From positions 36,912-100,911 of the IMG/VR virus record IMGVR_UViG_3300017917_004441: a DNA stretch of 64,000 nt; one strand, 5' to 3'. This document shows positions 47,115 through 59,644 of this stretch, in pieces; positions within the stretch are counted from its first letter, which is position 1; each line of letters opens with the position of its first letter. Source of the stretch: a virus. Position numbers and translations under genes: made by a program. A model generated the notes under the pieces. That model saw only the letters and a list, made by a program, of their open reading frames with translations, did not search any database and was not told where the DNA came from.

Positions 47115-50100
47115 ATGTCCAAGTCATACAGAATAAGAACCCAAGTAGGTGTAGATAGACAAATCAATGTACAATTAGATCAAGACTTTGATCAGATTGA
47201 AATTCTATCTCTGAAGATCAGAAGTGAAGATGTTTTCACAAGAATGTGTGCGGACTATGGTGTTGTCGTTGGTCGTGTTTTTGCCAACGGTGGTTATGGT
47301 ATCCCAAACGCCAAACTATCAATTTTTGTCCCAATCACAGATGAGGATCTCAATAATGAAATTATCCGAGAACTATATCCTTACGAAACAATTGAAGACG
47401 TAAATGAGGACGGCTATCGTTACAATCTTTTACCCTATGAAAAAAGTCACTCAGGACACGTCCCGACGGGAACCTTCCCAAGTAGGAATGATATTCTTTC
47501 TAATCCAGCCCTAATTCAGGTATACGACAAATACTACAAGTACACAGTCAAAACAAACGGAAGTGGTGACTTTATGATTATGGGGGTTCCAATCGGAACT
47601 CAAACTTTAGTAATGAACTTGGACTTATCAGATATGGGTCCGTTCTCCCTGTCCCCACAAGATTTGGTAAGAATGGGTAGAGCAAGTTCAAGTGACTTCA
47701 ACTCAGCAACATTTAGTACTTCATCGGACTTCCAATCACTCCCTCAAATTGTGACTCTGAATCAGAGTGTCAACGTACAACCATTTTGGGGACAACCTGA
47801 ATTATGTGAAGTTGGTATTGTTAGATACGACTTCAATTTGGGTGATGTAGGTGTAACAATTGAACCAACGGCATTGTTCATGGGTTCATTGGTTAGTAAC
47901 CAAAGTGATCAAGCAATATCAAGGAATTGTGTACCACCATCAGAGATGGGGGACTTATGTAATTTGAATGTAGCACCAGGAGAAATTGTTGCAATCAGAC
48001 AAACGATATTCCAAGACACAAATGGTCTACCAATATTGGAACAAGCCGAATTACCAAATGGTGGAAAAGTAATTGACGAAGATGGAACTTGGTTATTGGA
48101 GGTTCCAATGAATCTTGATTATGTTACTACAAACGAATTTGGTGAACAAGTTTTGAGTCAGGATCCTGAAGTCGGGGTACCAACTCAAGGAAAATATAGA
48201 TTTAAGGTCAAATGGGATCAATCTCCAAGTTTGGAACTTAGTGAAACTAGAAGAGCTTACTTCTTGGTACCGAATATTAAGGAATACGGTTGGAGTAATT
48301 CCTCAGCCGATCCGGCTTTTACTTTGAATCCCAATAGTCAACAATATCAGGATTTTATTGGTTCTTACTATTTTGGTTTGGAATGGAGTGGGTATACAAA
48401 CGTAACTGCCGCTGTAAATTGTGAAGATACATTCTACAATTTTCAATATAATAAAGTCTATACCGTTTCAGGATTGGTAGACCAATATTATAAAGGTTTG
48501 AATCGTGGAAACTTTTTAGGTATCAAAGAGATTACCGATAACACTTGTGCCGATGAAAATAATAAATTTCCGGCTACAGATGGAGTTAGAAATTTTGACT
48601 TTTTGTTTTTTGTAACAAACCTCTTATTAACTATTCTGTCTCCACTCGCGGTTGTTGTAATCCCCATTTTGCATTTAATAGCCCAATTTTGGCCACAATT
48701 CAGGTGGTTGATACAAAACGTATTTCCAATATGGCTTGGATTCAACGCCTTAATCAGTACAATAAACGCAGCATCGGCATATCCTGCGATCGGACTGATA
48801 GTCACAAACGCTTTATGGGCCATTGCATGGGCGGCAGCAGCGGTAGGATTTACTCGTGTTGTTAGACCTTTATTGGACAACTTCACCTTGAAACAATTTC
48901 AATTACCAATGTTGTCATATCCAACATGTGAAGCTTGTGAATGTTCCAACGATGATATTATTTTACCTGAAATTACCGAGAATATTTTCGGTGGTTCTTC
49001 AAGGATTGGAGTGCAAAAAATTGGAGATTATAAAATCTATTCAAGAATTTCCTCATCAACTCTGATTAGTTCAAACACACCTTCTCTTTGGGGTGATTTG
49101 ACTGGAGACCCTGGTGATACTGCTCCTGAGGGTATAGACCCTGATTTGTATAATAATAATAATGCAAATAAACGCCAAAACAAATACATTGCCGATCTCA
49201 ATGGATTTCAATATGCATTAGCAGGTTATCCGTTAGTAGATCCGTTATATGTAACTCCGAGTACGAACAATTTTACAAGTACACTTGAGTATGGACGAGG
49301 AAGAGTTGCCGGTACTCCTGTTGTTAGGACTTACGCTAATGATGATACGGAAGGTATAGTTGGAAGAGATATCAATTTATCACAGTCTCTGAACCTTATG
49401 AACTTGAGAGAAAGATACTTTGAAAGTTCAAATATTATTACAACAACAATAAACCCAACCACGACTTCATCACAACCATTTACTGATATGCCAATGATTT
49501 TGGTGTGTCAACCAGGGTCTACGTTTGTTGCTGGAGATGTACTAACATTTGTAAATCCTGAACAACAATTGGATCCTAATTTCAGTGGTCAGTCCCTAAA
49601 CCAATTCGGATCCAATTCAATTACGGGAACTTCAGTATCGGGGGTGAACATTTCAACAAACGTCACCTATATTCAACCCAACGGTACGGTGTCTACGGCA
49701 CAAGTATTTTTGAATTCTACAAAACAAGAAAGAGATTATAATGCTAAGACCGGTATTGAGTACTTCCAAGTAATAACGAGTGATACTGCGGAATCCGTTT
49801 ATAATGATTTAAGTCCAAACCCTTCTGTTCTTAGAAAATATCTGTTTGACAAACAACAGGAGATCACATACATAGATGCTAATAACGGTGTAAGAACTGT
49901 AACCTTGAATTCATTTTTCTCAATTGGAGATTCATGGAAAGATTATTTGATTGTATTCTTGACAAGAGGAGTTGATCCATGGACTGAAAAACAAGAAATC
50001 AATTACGATTTATCCAAAATATATGGATACTCACTGAATAGTAATACTGTTGGTATTACAGGTTCATACTACATGAACGTGCCTATACAACCTAACAGTG

Positions 50101-52202
50101 GTTCGGGTACTTGGTTCACAAGTTATAAGACACCTGAATCCCATAATGTCCCTTATACAACTTCAAAAATATTTTTCAAACCGTTCAACTTTACACCAGA
50201 CTCAACGCAATTTACTACCGTACAGACTACCCAACCCAAACTTTATTCCTCATTAGATAAATCAACATCTAACTTCAGGCCTTACAACGGGGATAAGAAT
50301 GTTGGATATTATTTGAATTCTAATTTTTCTGATGACGGAGTTGTTCAACAAGATATGAAATTTTTCAACACATCCTACCAAGGAGTTGTTGAGGGTGGTA
50401 CATTGATTGGATCTACTGATGGACAAATTCAGAAAAGTATGTTGCAGATGGATTCAAGACTATACTCACCAGCCTATACTTCTTACCCTAATTTACCATC
50501 TACAAGTATTTCATATCTCGGGGCAATAAACAATGCTAAATTGGTTATGAGATCAGATAGACTTCCATCATCGGATGTTTATCAGAAAACAACTTGGACT
50601 CCATATGTAAGTGCAGGTAATACAATGTTATTACACCAAAATGATAATTTTGTGATTTATAAGATTGCAAGTGGAGGTGAGGGATCAATATCTACACCAT
50701 TCAATTTTGATTTGGGATTAGGGTTACAATATGAGAGTACAGGTTTGAATAATAATTTTGATCGTGTGCTTGATACCTTTAGTTGTCAGGGTATGGTCCC
50801 ATTAAGATGTTACACAGTGAATGCTAACGGGGAACTTGAGGTTTTGGATCCATGTCCGGCCAATGAAGATCCTATTAGAGTTGAGGGTGGTTGTTACGAT
50901 TTATTATCGCCTGATGAAAATGGTAGTTATATTCGTACCATAAGACCGGCAATCCAAAATTATTTTGAATGGGCTCAAAGATTCAGGTTAACTTTTGCAA
51001 TCTGTCGTGGAGTGTTCTCACATATTTTTGTAAACTCATGGGTGAATGGAACCCTGTTTGCATTCCCATTTAGAAACAAACCAACCTTCAACGCAAACAA
51101 TCAACTTGAAGTAAGACGAGTCATTTCAGTTCAAACTCCGTTTGGACAACAACAAAAAGTTTCATACTCTTTCTGTTCGGACACAATTGCATTTGAACCG
51201 AATTCTAACAACTTCTATTATCGTTCATCACCATGGAGTGGAACAAAATTCATCGGTAAAAAATCACCAACACAAACTGGTACTATTGTCGGTGGAGCTT
51301 CGTTCACACCATTGAACAGATATAACCTGTTGTTCCCGACAACTATTATGGATTTGGGTCCAAAATATTTTTGGACTAAGGATGTCAACCTTTCACCTGA
51401 TTATTATGGATATCAGATGGATAAAATGAACACATCATCTTGGAACGAGGTTTCCAATTTGATACAACTTTTCACTATTTCAAGATTGGTAAACATATCT
51501 TTCTTGGAAAGTATATTCAGTACTGGTGATGCTGCTTTATCGGGGTATTTCAGTAGAGACGGACAAAGAGTTGATGGGGACTACGCTCAGATGTTACAAA
51601 TTAACTCACAATACGGGGTATCACCTCTTAACGAAGGTAATTACGTTGATGATCCAACAATACCGGGTGATAACCCAATTTACATTTCTTCAGATTCACA
51701 GGGTAATCCTGTATTTGGTGTTTTCTATAATTCATACCCATCTGATAGAGATTTGATTTCACCTCGTAGAATTGACAGAAACACTACAGGTTCTATTCTG
51801 ATTGCTGACTATTTAGGTACCAAATCACAAGAAGTTCCCTTCTACAATTGGAGAAATAATGGTTGGTCTCCAACACCGGAAAACTCCATTTTCGGTAATG
51901 ATAAAAACACTTGGTATACTGATTACAATCTAATATTGAATTTGGGTAGAAATATCTACAGTGAAAAATATCAAGAATTAGATAGACTCAATGCACCATA
52001 TTTCTTGGGAAACAACGGATTAATTCAAAATCAACAAGGGTTCATATTCCAACGAAACGGTTTGAACCAATACGATCCTCAAAACACAAGTCCAAATAAT
52101 TTTTCTACAATCACTTCAGCCCCATGGTATTTCTACTTTGGATTGAAGGTAGGTAGAAGTGCTATGGATAAATTCAGACAGACATACATAGGTGGAGAAT
52201 GA
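47115..52202 (+). CDS. Large structural protein with an N-terminal carboxypeptidase-regulatory-like domain and an internal hydrophobic segment
   Basis: GVVVGRV...GIPNAKLSIF...KTNGSGDFMIMGVP; hydrophobic helices at about 48590-48870; TATTTAT at 47090-47096. Confidence 0.5.
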   Translation: MSKSYRIRTQVGVDRQINVQLDQDFDQIEILSLKIRSEDVFTRMCADYGVVVGRVFANGGYGIPNAKLSIFVPITDEDLNNEIIRELYPYETIEDVNEDGYRYNLLPYEKSHSGHVPTGTFPSRNDILSNPALIQVYDKYYKYTVKTNGSGDFMIMGVPIGTQTLVMNLDLSDMGPFSLSPQDLVRMGRASSSDFNSATFSTSSDFQSLPQIVTLNQSVNVQPFWGQPELCEVGIVRYDFNLGDVGVTIEPTALFMGSLVSNQSDQAISRNCVPPSEMGDLCNLNVAPGEIVAIRQTIFQDTNGLPILEQAELPNGGKVIDEDGTWLLEVPMNLDYVTTNEFGEQVLSQDPEVGVPTQGKYRFKVKWDQSPSLELSETRRAYFLVPNIKEYGWSNSSADPAFTLNPNSQQYQDFIGSYYFGLEWSGYTNVTAAVNCEDTFYNFQYNKVYTVSGLVDQYYKGLNRGNFLGIKEITDNTCADENNKFPATDGVRNFDFLFFVTNLLLTILSPLAVVVIPILHLIAQFWPQFRWLIQNVFPIWLGFNALISTINAASAYPAIGLIVTNALWAIAWAAAAVGFTRVVRPLLDNFTLKQFQLPMLSYPTCEACECSNDDIILPEITENIFGGSSRIGVQKIGDYKIYSRISSSTLISSNTPSLWGDLTGDPGDTAPEGIDPDLYNNNNANKRQNKYIADLNGFQYALAGYPLVDPLYVTPSTNNFTSTLEYGRGRVAGTPVVRTYANDDTEGIVGRDINLSQSLNLMNLRERYFESSNIITTTINPTTTSSQPFTDMPMILVCQPGSTFVAGDVLTFVNPEQQLDPNFSGQSLNQFGSNSITGTSVSGVNISTNVTYIQPNGTVSTAQVFLNSTKQERDYNAKTGIEYFQVITSDTAESVYNDLSPNPSVLRKYLFDKQQEITYIDANNGVRTVTLNSFFSIGDSWKDYLIVFLTRGVDPWTEKQEINYDLSKIYGYSLNSNTVGITGSYYMNVPIQPNSGSGTWFTSYKTPESHNVPYTTSKIFFKPFNFTPDSTQFTTVQTTQPKLYSSLDKSTSNFRPYNGDKNVGYYLNSNFSDDGVVQQDMKFFNTSYQGVVEGGTLIGSTDGQIQKSMLQMDSRLYSPAYTSYPNLPSTSISYLGAINNAKLVMRSDRLPSSDVYQKTTWTPYVSAGNTMLLHQNDNFVIYKIASGGEGSISTPFNFDLGLGLQYESTGLNNNFDRVLDTFSCQGMVPLRCYTVNANGELEVLDPCPANEDPIRVEGGCYDLLSPDENGSYIRTIRPAIQNYFEWAQRFRLTFAICRGVFSHIFVNSWVNGTLFAFPFRNKPTFNANNQLEVRRVISVQTPFGQQQKVSYSFCSDTIAFEPNSNNFYYRSSPWSGTKFIGKKSPTQTGTIVGGASFTPLNRYNLLFPTTIMDLGPKYFWTKDVNLSPDYYGYQMDKMNTSSWNEVSNLIQLFTISRLVNISFLESIFSTGDAALSGYFSRDGQRVDGDYAQMLQINSQYGVSPLNEGNYVDDPTIPGDNPIYISSDSQGNPVFGVFYNSYPSDRDLISPRRIDRNTTGSILIADYLGTKSQEVPFYNWRNNGWSPTPENSIFGNDKNTWYTDYNLILNLGRNIYSEKYQELDRLNAPYFLGNNGLIQNQQGFIFQRNGLNQYDPQNTSPNNFSTITSAPWYFYFGLKVGRSAMDKFRQTYIGGE

Positions 52203-53929
52203 GTAACAATCAATACAATGTAATTAAACCTGACTTACAGTTTGCCTCAGCACCTGAAAGTGATATTTCTATCAATACTTATTTGGATCAAACACAATCT
52301 GAAGTAATTGATTACGATAGGACTGTGACTGTCAATTTGGCAACATTGTTTGACAACGAAAGAAATCAATCAAATATTTTCAGACCAATCCTAAAGATTT
52401 CTTATATCTATGAAAATTCATTGGTAGGATCAACTGAATATGAAATTTATCGTGACAGTTTATACTATGTAAATCCTGAGAAGTCGACACCTATCCTTGG
52501 CGGAAATAACATTTGGAGTGGTTTACCCTCTTACCAAGAATTTGAGTTTATCAGAACCGACGCTACAAACCCACAAGTTTCCTACAGAGCCAAAAGTGCA
52601 TCATCATACAACTGGAGTGTTGTTTACTCATACCCATATCTGAACGACTTCAATGTTCCCATGGATTATTATTTTGCGGACAATTCATCATTACCTACTT
52701 GGGTATCAGGTGACGGTATACCATTTTACATATCAACAGGGGCAGATAATGGATTACCTATTATACAATTCAATTGTATTGCACAACACGGATTGACTCA
52801 GGGTGAATGGGTGGAATTATCATTTGGATATCAAGGAACCAACACATTCCAAGTGTATTCTTTGGGTAATGGAACTGAGGGTTCTAATGAGTACGTATTC
52901 AACTTAGAAAACGTAGGATACACGGGAACCACTTTCAACACGGGTAACGATGGAACTTTCAAACGTATTGTTGACATCAACAATTCGGGTGAAACAAAAT
53001 CAATCTATTATGTTAGAGTCCATAAAGTAATTACTAATCCTGAAGATAGTTTGATTACTTTGAACGGGTTTGAGTTGAACTCATTCCAAGATTATGCCGC
53101 TTATCAATTCTCATCTCTGACCCCAAACAATATTGCTTCGGTGGCTAAGTGGCAGAGTTCCAATAGTTACAATCTTACGGTTGCTCGTGATTTAGAAATC
53201 ACTGAAAGACTTATTGATAACAACAACAGACCTGTTAGTCAAATTTTTGCCACATTCCAAAATGTTGGACAATATGGTTGGTGGAACAAACTAAGACGTG
53301 GATGGGAATTCAATATGTTACCTGGTCAAACAAACCCATGGTGGGATCTAACCAATGGACTTGCTTTGGAGTCAAACTCAACAACAACCTACACAAGAAA
53401 TATTGATGGATCTACGGTATGTGTGAATCCACCCGATTGTTACACTTTTACCGTAAACTTACCAAGAGTAAGTGGTGATACTCTGTATGGTGATTGGTGT
53501 GAGTTCAACAATATCACACAAAGAGAAAGAGTGATATCCAAATACATGAACAAGATGACTTATTACACCAAAGCTTTTGATGTATCAAGTCAACCAACTT
53601 CAAATCCAAATGGATATTACTATCAGGTTCACTTCCCTGTTGTCTTGAAATACTTCTCGGATTATATAGAATCTGCTGATCCTGACTTTGTACAGGATAT
53701 ACCAAATTACGCTTACTATAGTCAAACCCTCAAGAGTTGGTTATGGAGAGACCTGTATCCTTTGGGATTCATTGACACAAACGGTGATGGAGTGGACTAT
53801 CCATTCTTGAACGACAGCCATTATCCATTTACGGATATAATATTTAGATTATACCCCGAGGGTGCGTCATTTGACATAAATTCAATATACTCGGTCGTTC
53901 CCGATCCAATTATAGATGGCTGTGAATAA
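52199..53929 (+). CDS. Putative baseplate/tail structural protein
   Basis: Coupled overlaps within the structural operon; beta-rich composition. Confidence 0.5.
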   Translation: MSNNQYNVIKPDLQFASAPESDISINTYLDQTQSEVIDYDRTVTVNLATLFDNERNQSNIFRPILKISYIYENSLVGSTEYEIYRDSLYYVNPEKSTPILGGNNIWSGLPSYQEFEFIRTDATNPQVSYRAKSASSYNWSVVYSYPYLNDFNVPMDYYFADNSSLPTWVSGDGIPFYISTGADNGLPIIQFNCIAQHGLTQGEWVELSFGYQGTNTFQVYSLGNGTEGSNEYVFNLENVGYTGTTFNTGNDGTFKRIVDINNSGETKSIYYVRVHKVITNPEDSLITLNGFELNSFQDYAAYQFSSLTPNNIASVAKWQSSNSYNLTVARDLEITERLIDNNNRPVSQIFATFQNVGQYGWWNKLRRGWEFNMLPGQTNPWWDLTNGLALESNSTTTYTRNIDGSTVCVNPPDCYTFTVNLPRVSGDTLYGDWCEFNNITQRERVISKYMNKMTYYTKAFDVSSQPTSNPNGYYYQVHFPVVLKYFSDYIESADPDFVQDIPNYAYYSQTLKSWLWRDLYPLGFIDTNGDGVDYPFLNDSHYPFTDIIFRLYPEGASFDINSIYSVVPDPIIDGCE

Positions 53930-54698
53930 TAGAAGAATAGTGATCCCCAACGCTGTGGGAACAACTTTGGATATTCCAATTGAACAAACTTGGGATTTTC
54001 AAGGATTGCAAGAATCCATAGAACAATACGAACTCAGTGTATTGGAACAGGTAATCAACAAAGACGAAGACTTTGAGGTAACCCGATTTGCTCACGCTGA
54101 AGATCAAAATGATGAAACGTCAATTTCATACATTTTCAACTTTTGGAATCCAAGTATTTTGGGTGGGGTTTATGAAGAATCGTACACATCAAAGTTTACT
54201 GTAGATCAAATCTACTACTACACACCACCTTTTACAAAGTCGTTTTGGAAACTTGACTTGTATACCTCACCCCTCAATAGAGATCAACAAGCGTACATTA
54301 CAATTATATTACCAACTCAACAAGGATTCAGAGAAAATGCGGTGTTGAATGGAACAACAAATGTCACCATAAAAAAACCTTCTTACCGATTGGATTATGT
54401 TGGTGATAAAGAAGGTTTCTTTATTTACTGGTTGAAGAAAAGGGATTTCTTGAATATTACTGACTTTTATATGACCGCAAAATTCTTTGACGGCAGTACT
54501 GGTCAATTTATCAAAATGATGAATACACCACAAAATACTTTATCAAATCCTTCTGATTTCCCACAAGAAGAATATTTCTATTATAAAGTGGTATTGGATT
54601 ATCCAACTCAAAAATACGAGGTTTATCATTACCCTACTTTGGTAAAAGTGGGGACGAAAACAAACCCGATAACTTGGTATGAATACGTAAACCCATAA
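53916..54698 (+). CDS. Putative structural protein
   Basis: Overlapping ORF in the same operon. Confidence 0.5.
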   Translation: MAVNNRRIVIPNAVGTTLDIPIEQTWDFQGLQESIEQYELSVLEQVINKDEDFEVTRFAHAEDQNDETSISYIFNFWNPSILGGVYEESYTSKFTVDQIYYYTPPFTKSFWKLDLYTSPLNRDQQAYITIILPTQQGFRENAVLNGTTNVTIKKPSYRLDYVGDKEGFFIYWLKKRDFLNITDFYMTAKFFDGSTGQFIKMMNTPQNTLSNPSDFPQEEYFYYKVVLDYPTQKYEVYHYPTLVKVGTKTNPITWYEYVNP

Positions 54699-55777
54699 TG
54701 GAAAGTCAAACAATGTATGTGAATATTTCACCAGGGGTTCTGTCCACTTTGGTGCACGATGTGACGGTTTCAGGAGATACCTTCGGTGTGTACTCAGGTA
54801 TGACTCAGATGCTCACAGGTGGAACCAACAATACATCATTGTTTACTGGTTTGACGATCCCAATTTTACTTGTCCAAAACACAATTGATTTGGGATACTA
54901 TTCTGTTTTTGACGGAGCAATCCTTCAACAGAATGTTGTAACAAACTTTATTTTTTCATCAACAACTGCAAATCCATATGAATGGAATGTGTATAATACA
55001 GTTGATGCGGACTTCAATGCCTTTCTACAACTATCAAGTTACTTTATAGATTGGGGGGATGGTAGTCCATTACAACAGATTACAAACTACGCACCAAACT
55101 CTATATCACACGTATATCCTTCAGTAAGTTCTGAATACACCATCACGATGTTTCAGAATAATCCTTGGGGAAATACCACGGTAAGTAAGACAATTCAAGC
55201 ACCATTTGTTGATGTTCCCAATTTCAATCCACAAGGGACGGCGTATTTCACTCCAAATGTTGGTGCTTGGACAGGTACACCAATCTCGTACAACTACATA
55301 TTCACAGGAGATAGTGTGAATGTTGTTAGTGCTCAGACATCTAACAATTATACAACAGTTCCGTTTACAATAACGGGTTTGACCTCTTCAAGAATTACGG
55401 AACTTGCTCAATATGGTACTGACAGGTATGTTCTATTGTTACCAGTTAAGAAAGAAGGAATTGATTACGGTATCATCACAGACATAAATTTATCTTATAC
55501 TGCTTACACCATACAGGATGTAAACTATATTGATTTTGCGGATGGAACCACAATATATGAAATTCAATCGTCAGGATTGATTCAAGATTGGATGGTTGCA
55601 GAGCCATTAGTGAAAGATGAATTATTATTAGGTGTTGCAGGTCAAGCAGAAATTCAATCTAATGTATTTATAGAACGAGGGAAAAACTCTGCATATGAAC
55701 GAGTCCAAAGAATTGGTGAAGTTGATAATTTGGGTGATCTCATAAAATATGGATATAGATTTTTTAACGTAATATAA
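54698..55777 (+). CDS. Structural protein with a PKD-like domain
   Basis: YFIDWGDGSP...SHVYP...YTIT matches the PKD signature. Confidence 0.55.
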   Translation: MESQTMYVNISPGVLSTLVHDVTVSGDTFGVYSGMTQMLTGGTNNTSLFTGLTIPILLVQNTIDLGYYSVFDGAILQQNVVTNFIFSSTTANPYEWNVYNTVDADFNAFLQLSSYFIDWGDGSPLQQITNYAPNSISHVYPSVSSEYTITMFQNNPWGNTTVSKTIQAPFVDVPNFNPQGTAYFTPNVGAWTGTPISYNYIFTGDSVNVVSAQTSNNYTTVPFTITGLTSSRITELAQYGTDRYVLLLPVKKEGIDYGIITDINLSYTAYTIQDVNYIDFADGTTIYEIQSSGLIQDWMVAEPLVKDELLLGVAGQAEIQSNVFIERGKNSAYERVQRIGEVDNLGDLIKYGYRFFNVI

Positions 55778-55778
55778 C

Positions 55779-56687
55779 ATGGCAACAGGAACCTATGGAA
55801 CAATTAGACCGGCAGATGTTTCTCCTGAGGATGTTCAAATTATAATGAACTACACACCCTCAAGGGATGTAACAGATAATTTTGTGTTGACACAACTCAA
55901 TGCAAGTCAAATACTACGTCCATATTTCAACAACAACCAAACAGGTGGAAATACGAACGAAATTTTGGGTGGTTTATACAACCTAAGATTACCATCTAAC
56001 GTATTCAATCAGTTAGGTATCTATACTTTATACATCAGACCGGCAGAAATAAGAACAACAATTACAGATTGTGGTGTTTTATCGGCACTTCCAAACGTAA
56101 AAGGAATCGTGATTGATTTATCAAATGTACCAAACCAATTCGTAAACAAATTTATTGCTCAAGGATTGGTTGGATTCAGAGTTGAATATCTAAATCCTGA
56201 TGGTAGTAAGATTCCAAACTTTTTCAGAATCATTACATCTAACTTCTTTTGTGAACCTATTGTTCAGAACCTGACCAACACACAACAGAAATCAGTTAGA
56301 TACCGATACACTGAGGGTCAAACAAACTTGGTGTTCTGTACTTTGTCACCGAGTTCGGCACCTACTAACAAACCTAATGCAACGCCATTTATCGGACAAC
56401 CCGATCAAAATATTATCCTTTCAAATACATTCTTCAATCCACTTACATTAGAGGTGACAGTTGGACAGTACGACTTGGATACTCTTGGAATTGCCTTCTA
56501 CGGTAATCAAACTAAGAGTATGGAGGATGGTATCTACACGATCTACGACGAGGAGAACAACATCTATCAACAATTCAACTTGTACGAAATCAAAGATGAC
56601 TTCAATAATCTTCTTTATGAGGTCAAAGAGAATCGTGGTGATAATATTGATTTTAGTAAAAACTTCCAAAACATTACTGAACAATAA
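55779..56687 (+). CDS. Putative structural protein
   Basis: 302-aa ORF within the baseplate operon. Confidence 0.5.
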   Translation: MATGTYGTIRPADVSPEDVQIIMNYTPSRDVTDNFVLTQLNASQILRPYFNNNQTGGNTNEILGGLYNLRLPSNVFNQLGIYTLYIRPAEIRTTITDCGVLSALPNVKGIVIDLSNVPNQFVNKFIAQGLVGFRVEYLNPDGSKIPNFFRIITSNFFCEPIVQNLTNTQQKSVRYRYTEGQTNLVFCTLSPSSAPTNKPNATPFIGQPDQNIILSNTFFNPLTLEVTVGQYDLDTLGIAFYGNQTKSMEDGIYTIYDEENNIYQQFNLYEIKDDFNNLLYEVKENRGDNIDFSKNFQNITEQ

Positions 56688-56689
56688 TA

Positions 56690-59644
56690 ATGGCTAAAAA
56701 GTTCATTCCAAATACTGCAGCATCGGGAGCTGGAACTCCCTTTGATAATATTGTCGGTTTGCAGACTGTACAAGGGGGTGGACTTACGCAAGGAAATTTT
56801 GAATTCTCAACTCAGTTATCTGAGAAGGTAAACAGAACCTTCAACATCGGTGTTTTCCAAGATCCAATCAATTTGGAAAACTTAGACATAGAATCGGTAA
56901 ACGAAGCAAGAGAATTATTGGCAAAAGAATACCGAGTTTATCCTAACTACGATCTCTCTCAAGTAACAAACTTTACAATATTTGGTTCACTTCAAAAAAG
57001 ACTTGAGGTCTCAGTTCAAAGAATTCTTAACTTTTTCCCCGCAGCAATTGAGGTTGATAGAGTTTACTATGATTACTCAACTGGGTTGACAGTAACAAAT
57101 ATAACGTATGATTCTGTAAATAATGAGACACAATTTGAGATCAACGTATCAAGAATTAAAAACCCATTCTCGTTAGACTATTCAGTAAACTCAGTAATCA
57201 ATTTACAAAACAGAGAGTCTGAGTTTTCACCAATCAGAGATTTGACAAACCGATATAGAGATTATTCTTTATTCACGGTATTAGGTGAGTTCCCAATTGT
57301 GGACTTCACACCGTCTCAGAGTTTGTTTAGTGGAACTATTGTGGTTGTGGTAACAGGAGATGCATTTCCTGGTCTAAGTAACACCACAGAGAGTATCTAT
57401 ATCAAACCCAATACATATTACACTGAAAAATCATTTACCGAAGATTTTGATGAAGTTGAAAAATTCTTACTTAATAGATTATCAAATCCGATCTACACGG
57501 CAACATTCTCAGTCCCTGTTGAAAGTGAAAACGGTGTCCTGACTATATCAAGTCAAAGTGTTACTTGGCCGTTAGATGGATTATGGAACTTAGATATTAG
57601 AAGTGATAGGTTTGAATTATACCTTGAACAACTCAACCAAATAGGTGTTGAGTTTGATGCCTTCAAAACAAATCTCATCGCGAGATTCCTTGTTACAGAA
57701 TCACTCTTGGAGTTTGATACGCCTGACCACAAAGTTAGAAAAGTTTTACAGATATACGGAAGAAGTTTTGATCAGATCAAACAATTCATTGATGCCTTGG
57801 CATACATGAACTCAGTATCGTACAACCCTGGTAATGACATACCTTCCATGTTATTGAAAAACTTGGCAGCTACTTTGGGTTGGGGTACAAACATATCACC
57901 GATTACTGAAGAAGGTTTCTTAAATTCCGTGTATTCATCAAGTGGTGTAACTCAATACGCAGGATTCTCAAGAGAACTTACACCGAGTGAATTGAACTAT
58001 CAGTTCTATAGGAACTTGATTTTGAACTCCGCCTATCTGTTCAAATCAAAAGGAACAAGAAGATCAATTGAATTCACATTGAGATTGGTCGGTGCTCCTG
58101 ATGCCTTGATTGAATTCAACGAACATGTTTATCTTGCGGATCAGAGAATCAATATGAGACAATTCAACCAACAGTTTGCTCAGATAACTGGAGGAACTTA
58201 TGTTGATGTGGAAACACAATATGTACCTGGTGATACCTTCACAATTTTGGGTGTTCCGTACACAGGATTTGCTACAACGTCTCAGATCTTTATTGTGGAT
58301 GAAGTACGTGAAGATTATCCTGTGGATGAATTTGGATACCCACAAGCACCATTGGAAAATGATGACTACTTCTTTGAGAAAGGTGCTGGTTGGTTTGAAT
58401 CTACACCACAACACAGAAGCCCAGAATTAGTCAATCAATCACTATCTGTATTTACGGGTAGTAGTCCGAACGTTCAAACTTTCTTAGAACCTTTCACTTA
58501 TGGACAATTGTACTTCAGTAAGTTCAGAAATTTCCCTTACATGAATCTTGGGTTCAAACTGAAGTATACAATCGACAACAAGAAGAGTTGGCAACCACCT
58601 GTATTCAGAGTTGCTAGAAATGCTGGATATGAAGCCTATTACACAGTCGGAGACGAGAGATTAGTTCTCAATGCGAAGAACGTCGATTTATTTATCAACC
58701 CATCACAAGGTATTTTGTACAACGTATGGCAAATGTCATCTAATTACAATTACCCAATACCAAACAGTGGATATACCCCAACCTACCCAAGTTTGGGACA
58801 AAACAACTGGTCATTTATTGATCCACAACCAAACAAAAAGACATTCTTTGAATTTGCTCAAACCTTTGTAAAATCTACAATCAACATCAGAGACAGATGG
58901 TATTCAACAGATGGAAAAACAAGTGGATATCCTGACTTGTTGAACATTTTTTACAAGTATCTTTTGTCAGATCAAAATGTAGGGATTCCAAATGACAATT
59001 TCTTGTATCAAAAACTTATTGAATACGTACAAGGAATAGGTCCATATTGGATTCGTTTGACACAACAAATGATACCCGCCACAACAATTTGGAACACGGG
59101 TGTAAAGTTTGAGAACTCAGCACTTCAGAGACAAAAATTTGTCTACAGAAGACAAAGAGGTTGTCAGTTGATTCCAATTGAGGTAGATCCTTGTGTTGCT
59201 ATAGGAACACTCTATGGATCTGATTGTTTACGTGAAAGTGCGGATTGTTTTGTGTATCCTTGGATCGGACAGACGAGTGGAGTTACTTCATTCTCACAAA
59301 TACTATACTCAGTATTGAATTCGTATTTGAATTCAAATGGATTGTTGATTGGAGATTGTGACACTAACTCACTTTATTCACAATGGTTTGTGGAAGTAAA
59401 AATTGACGGAACTACAATTATACAAAACCAATTCTTTACAGGATATGGTATTGGACAAGTTCCAACAAACATTCAATGGAAATCTGCTTTGGTATTTTAC
59501 CTAAGTCAACTCATTTCATTTGGATATTACTTTACCTTGAATGGTAATACAGTTACAGTTTACAAAGTAGGATGTGCTGAAGATACTACACCGAGTACTC
59601 TACAAATCAATGTGGGGATAAATATTGATATAGATTGTGTATAA
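56690..59644 (+). CDS. Baseplate wedge protein (gp7/P2 gpI-like)
   Basis: [10 protein letters not shown]...[22 protein letters not shown] pattern. Confidence 0.6.
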   Translation: MAKKFIPNTAASGAGTPFDNIVGLQTVQGGGLTQGNFEFSTQLSEKVNRTFNIGVFQDPINLENLDIESVNEARELLAKEYRVYPNYDLSQVTNFTIFGSLQKRLEVSVQRILNFFPAAIEVDRVYYDYSTGLTVTNITYDSVNNETQFEINVSRIKNPFSLDYSVNSVINLQNRESEFSPIRDLTNRYRDYSLFTVLGEFPIVDFTPSQSLFSGTIVVVVTGDAFPGLSNTTESIYIKPNTYYTEKSFTEDFDEVEKFLLNRLSNPIYTATFSVPVESENGVLTISSQSVTWPLDGLWNLDIRSDRFELYLEQLNQIGVEFDAFKTNLIARFLVTESLLEFDTPDHKVRKVLQIYGRSFDQIKQFIDALAYMNSVSYNPGNDIPSMLLKNLAATLGWGTNISPITEEGFLNSVYSSSGVTQYAGFSRELTPSELNYQFYRNLILNSAYLFKSKGTRRSIEFTLRLVGAPDALIEFNEHVYLADQRINMRQFNQQFAQITGGTYVDVETQYVPGDTFTILGVPYTGFATTSQIFIVDEVREDYPVDEFGYPQAPLENDDYFFEKGAGWFESTPQHRSPELVNQSLSVFTGSSPNVQTFLEPFTYGQLYFSKFRNFPYMNLGFKLKYTIDNKKSWQPPVFRVARNAGYEAYYTVGDERLVLNAKNVDLFINPSQGILYNVWQMSSNYNYPIPNSGYTPTYPSLGQNNWSFIDPQPNKKTFFEFAQTFVKSTINIRDRWYSTDGKTSGYPDLLNIFYKYLLSDQNVGIPNDNFLYQKLIEYVQGIGPYWIRLTQQMIPATTIWNTGVKFENSALQRQKFVYRRQRGCQLIPIEVDPCVAIGTLYGSDCLRESADCFVYPWIGQTSGVTSFSQILYSVLNSYLNSNGLLIGDCDTNSLYSQWFVEVKIDGTTIIQNQFFTGYGIGQVPTNIQWKSALVFYLSQLISFGYYFTLNGNTVTVYKVGCAEDTTPSTLQINVGINIDIDCV

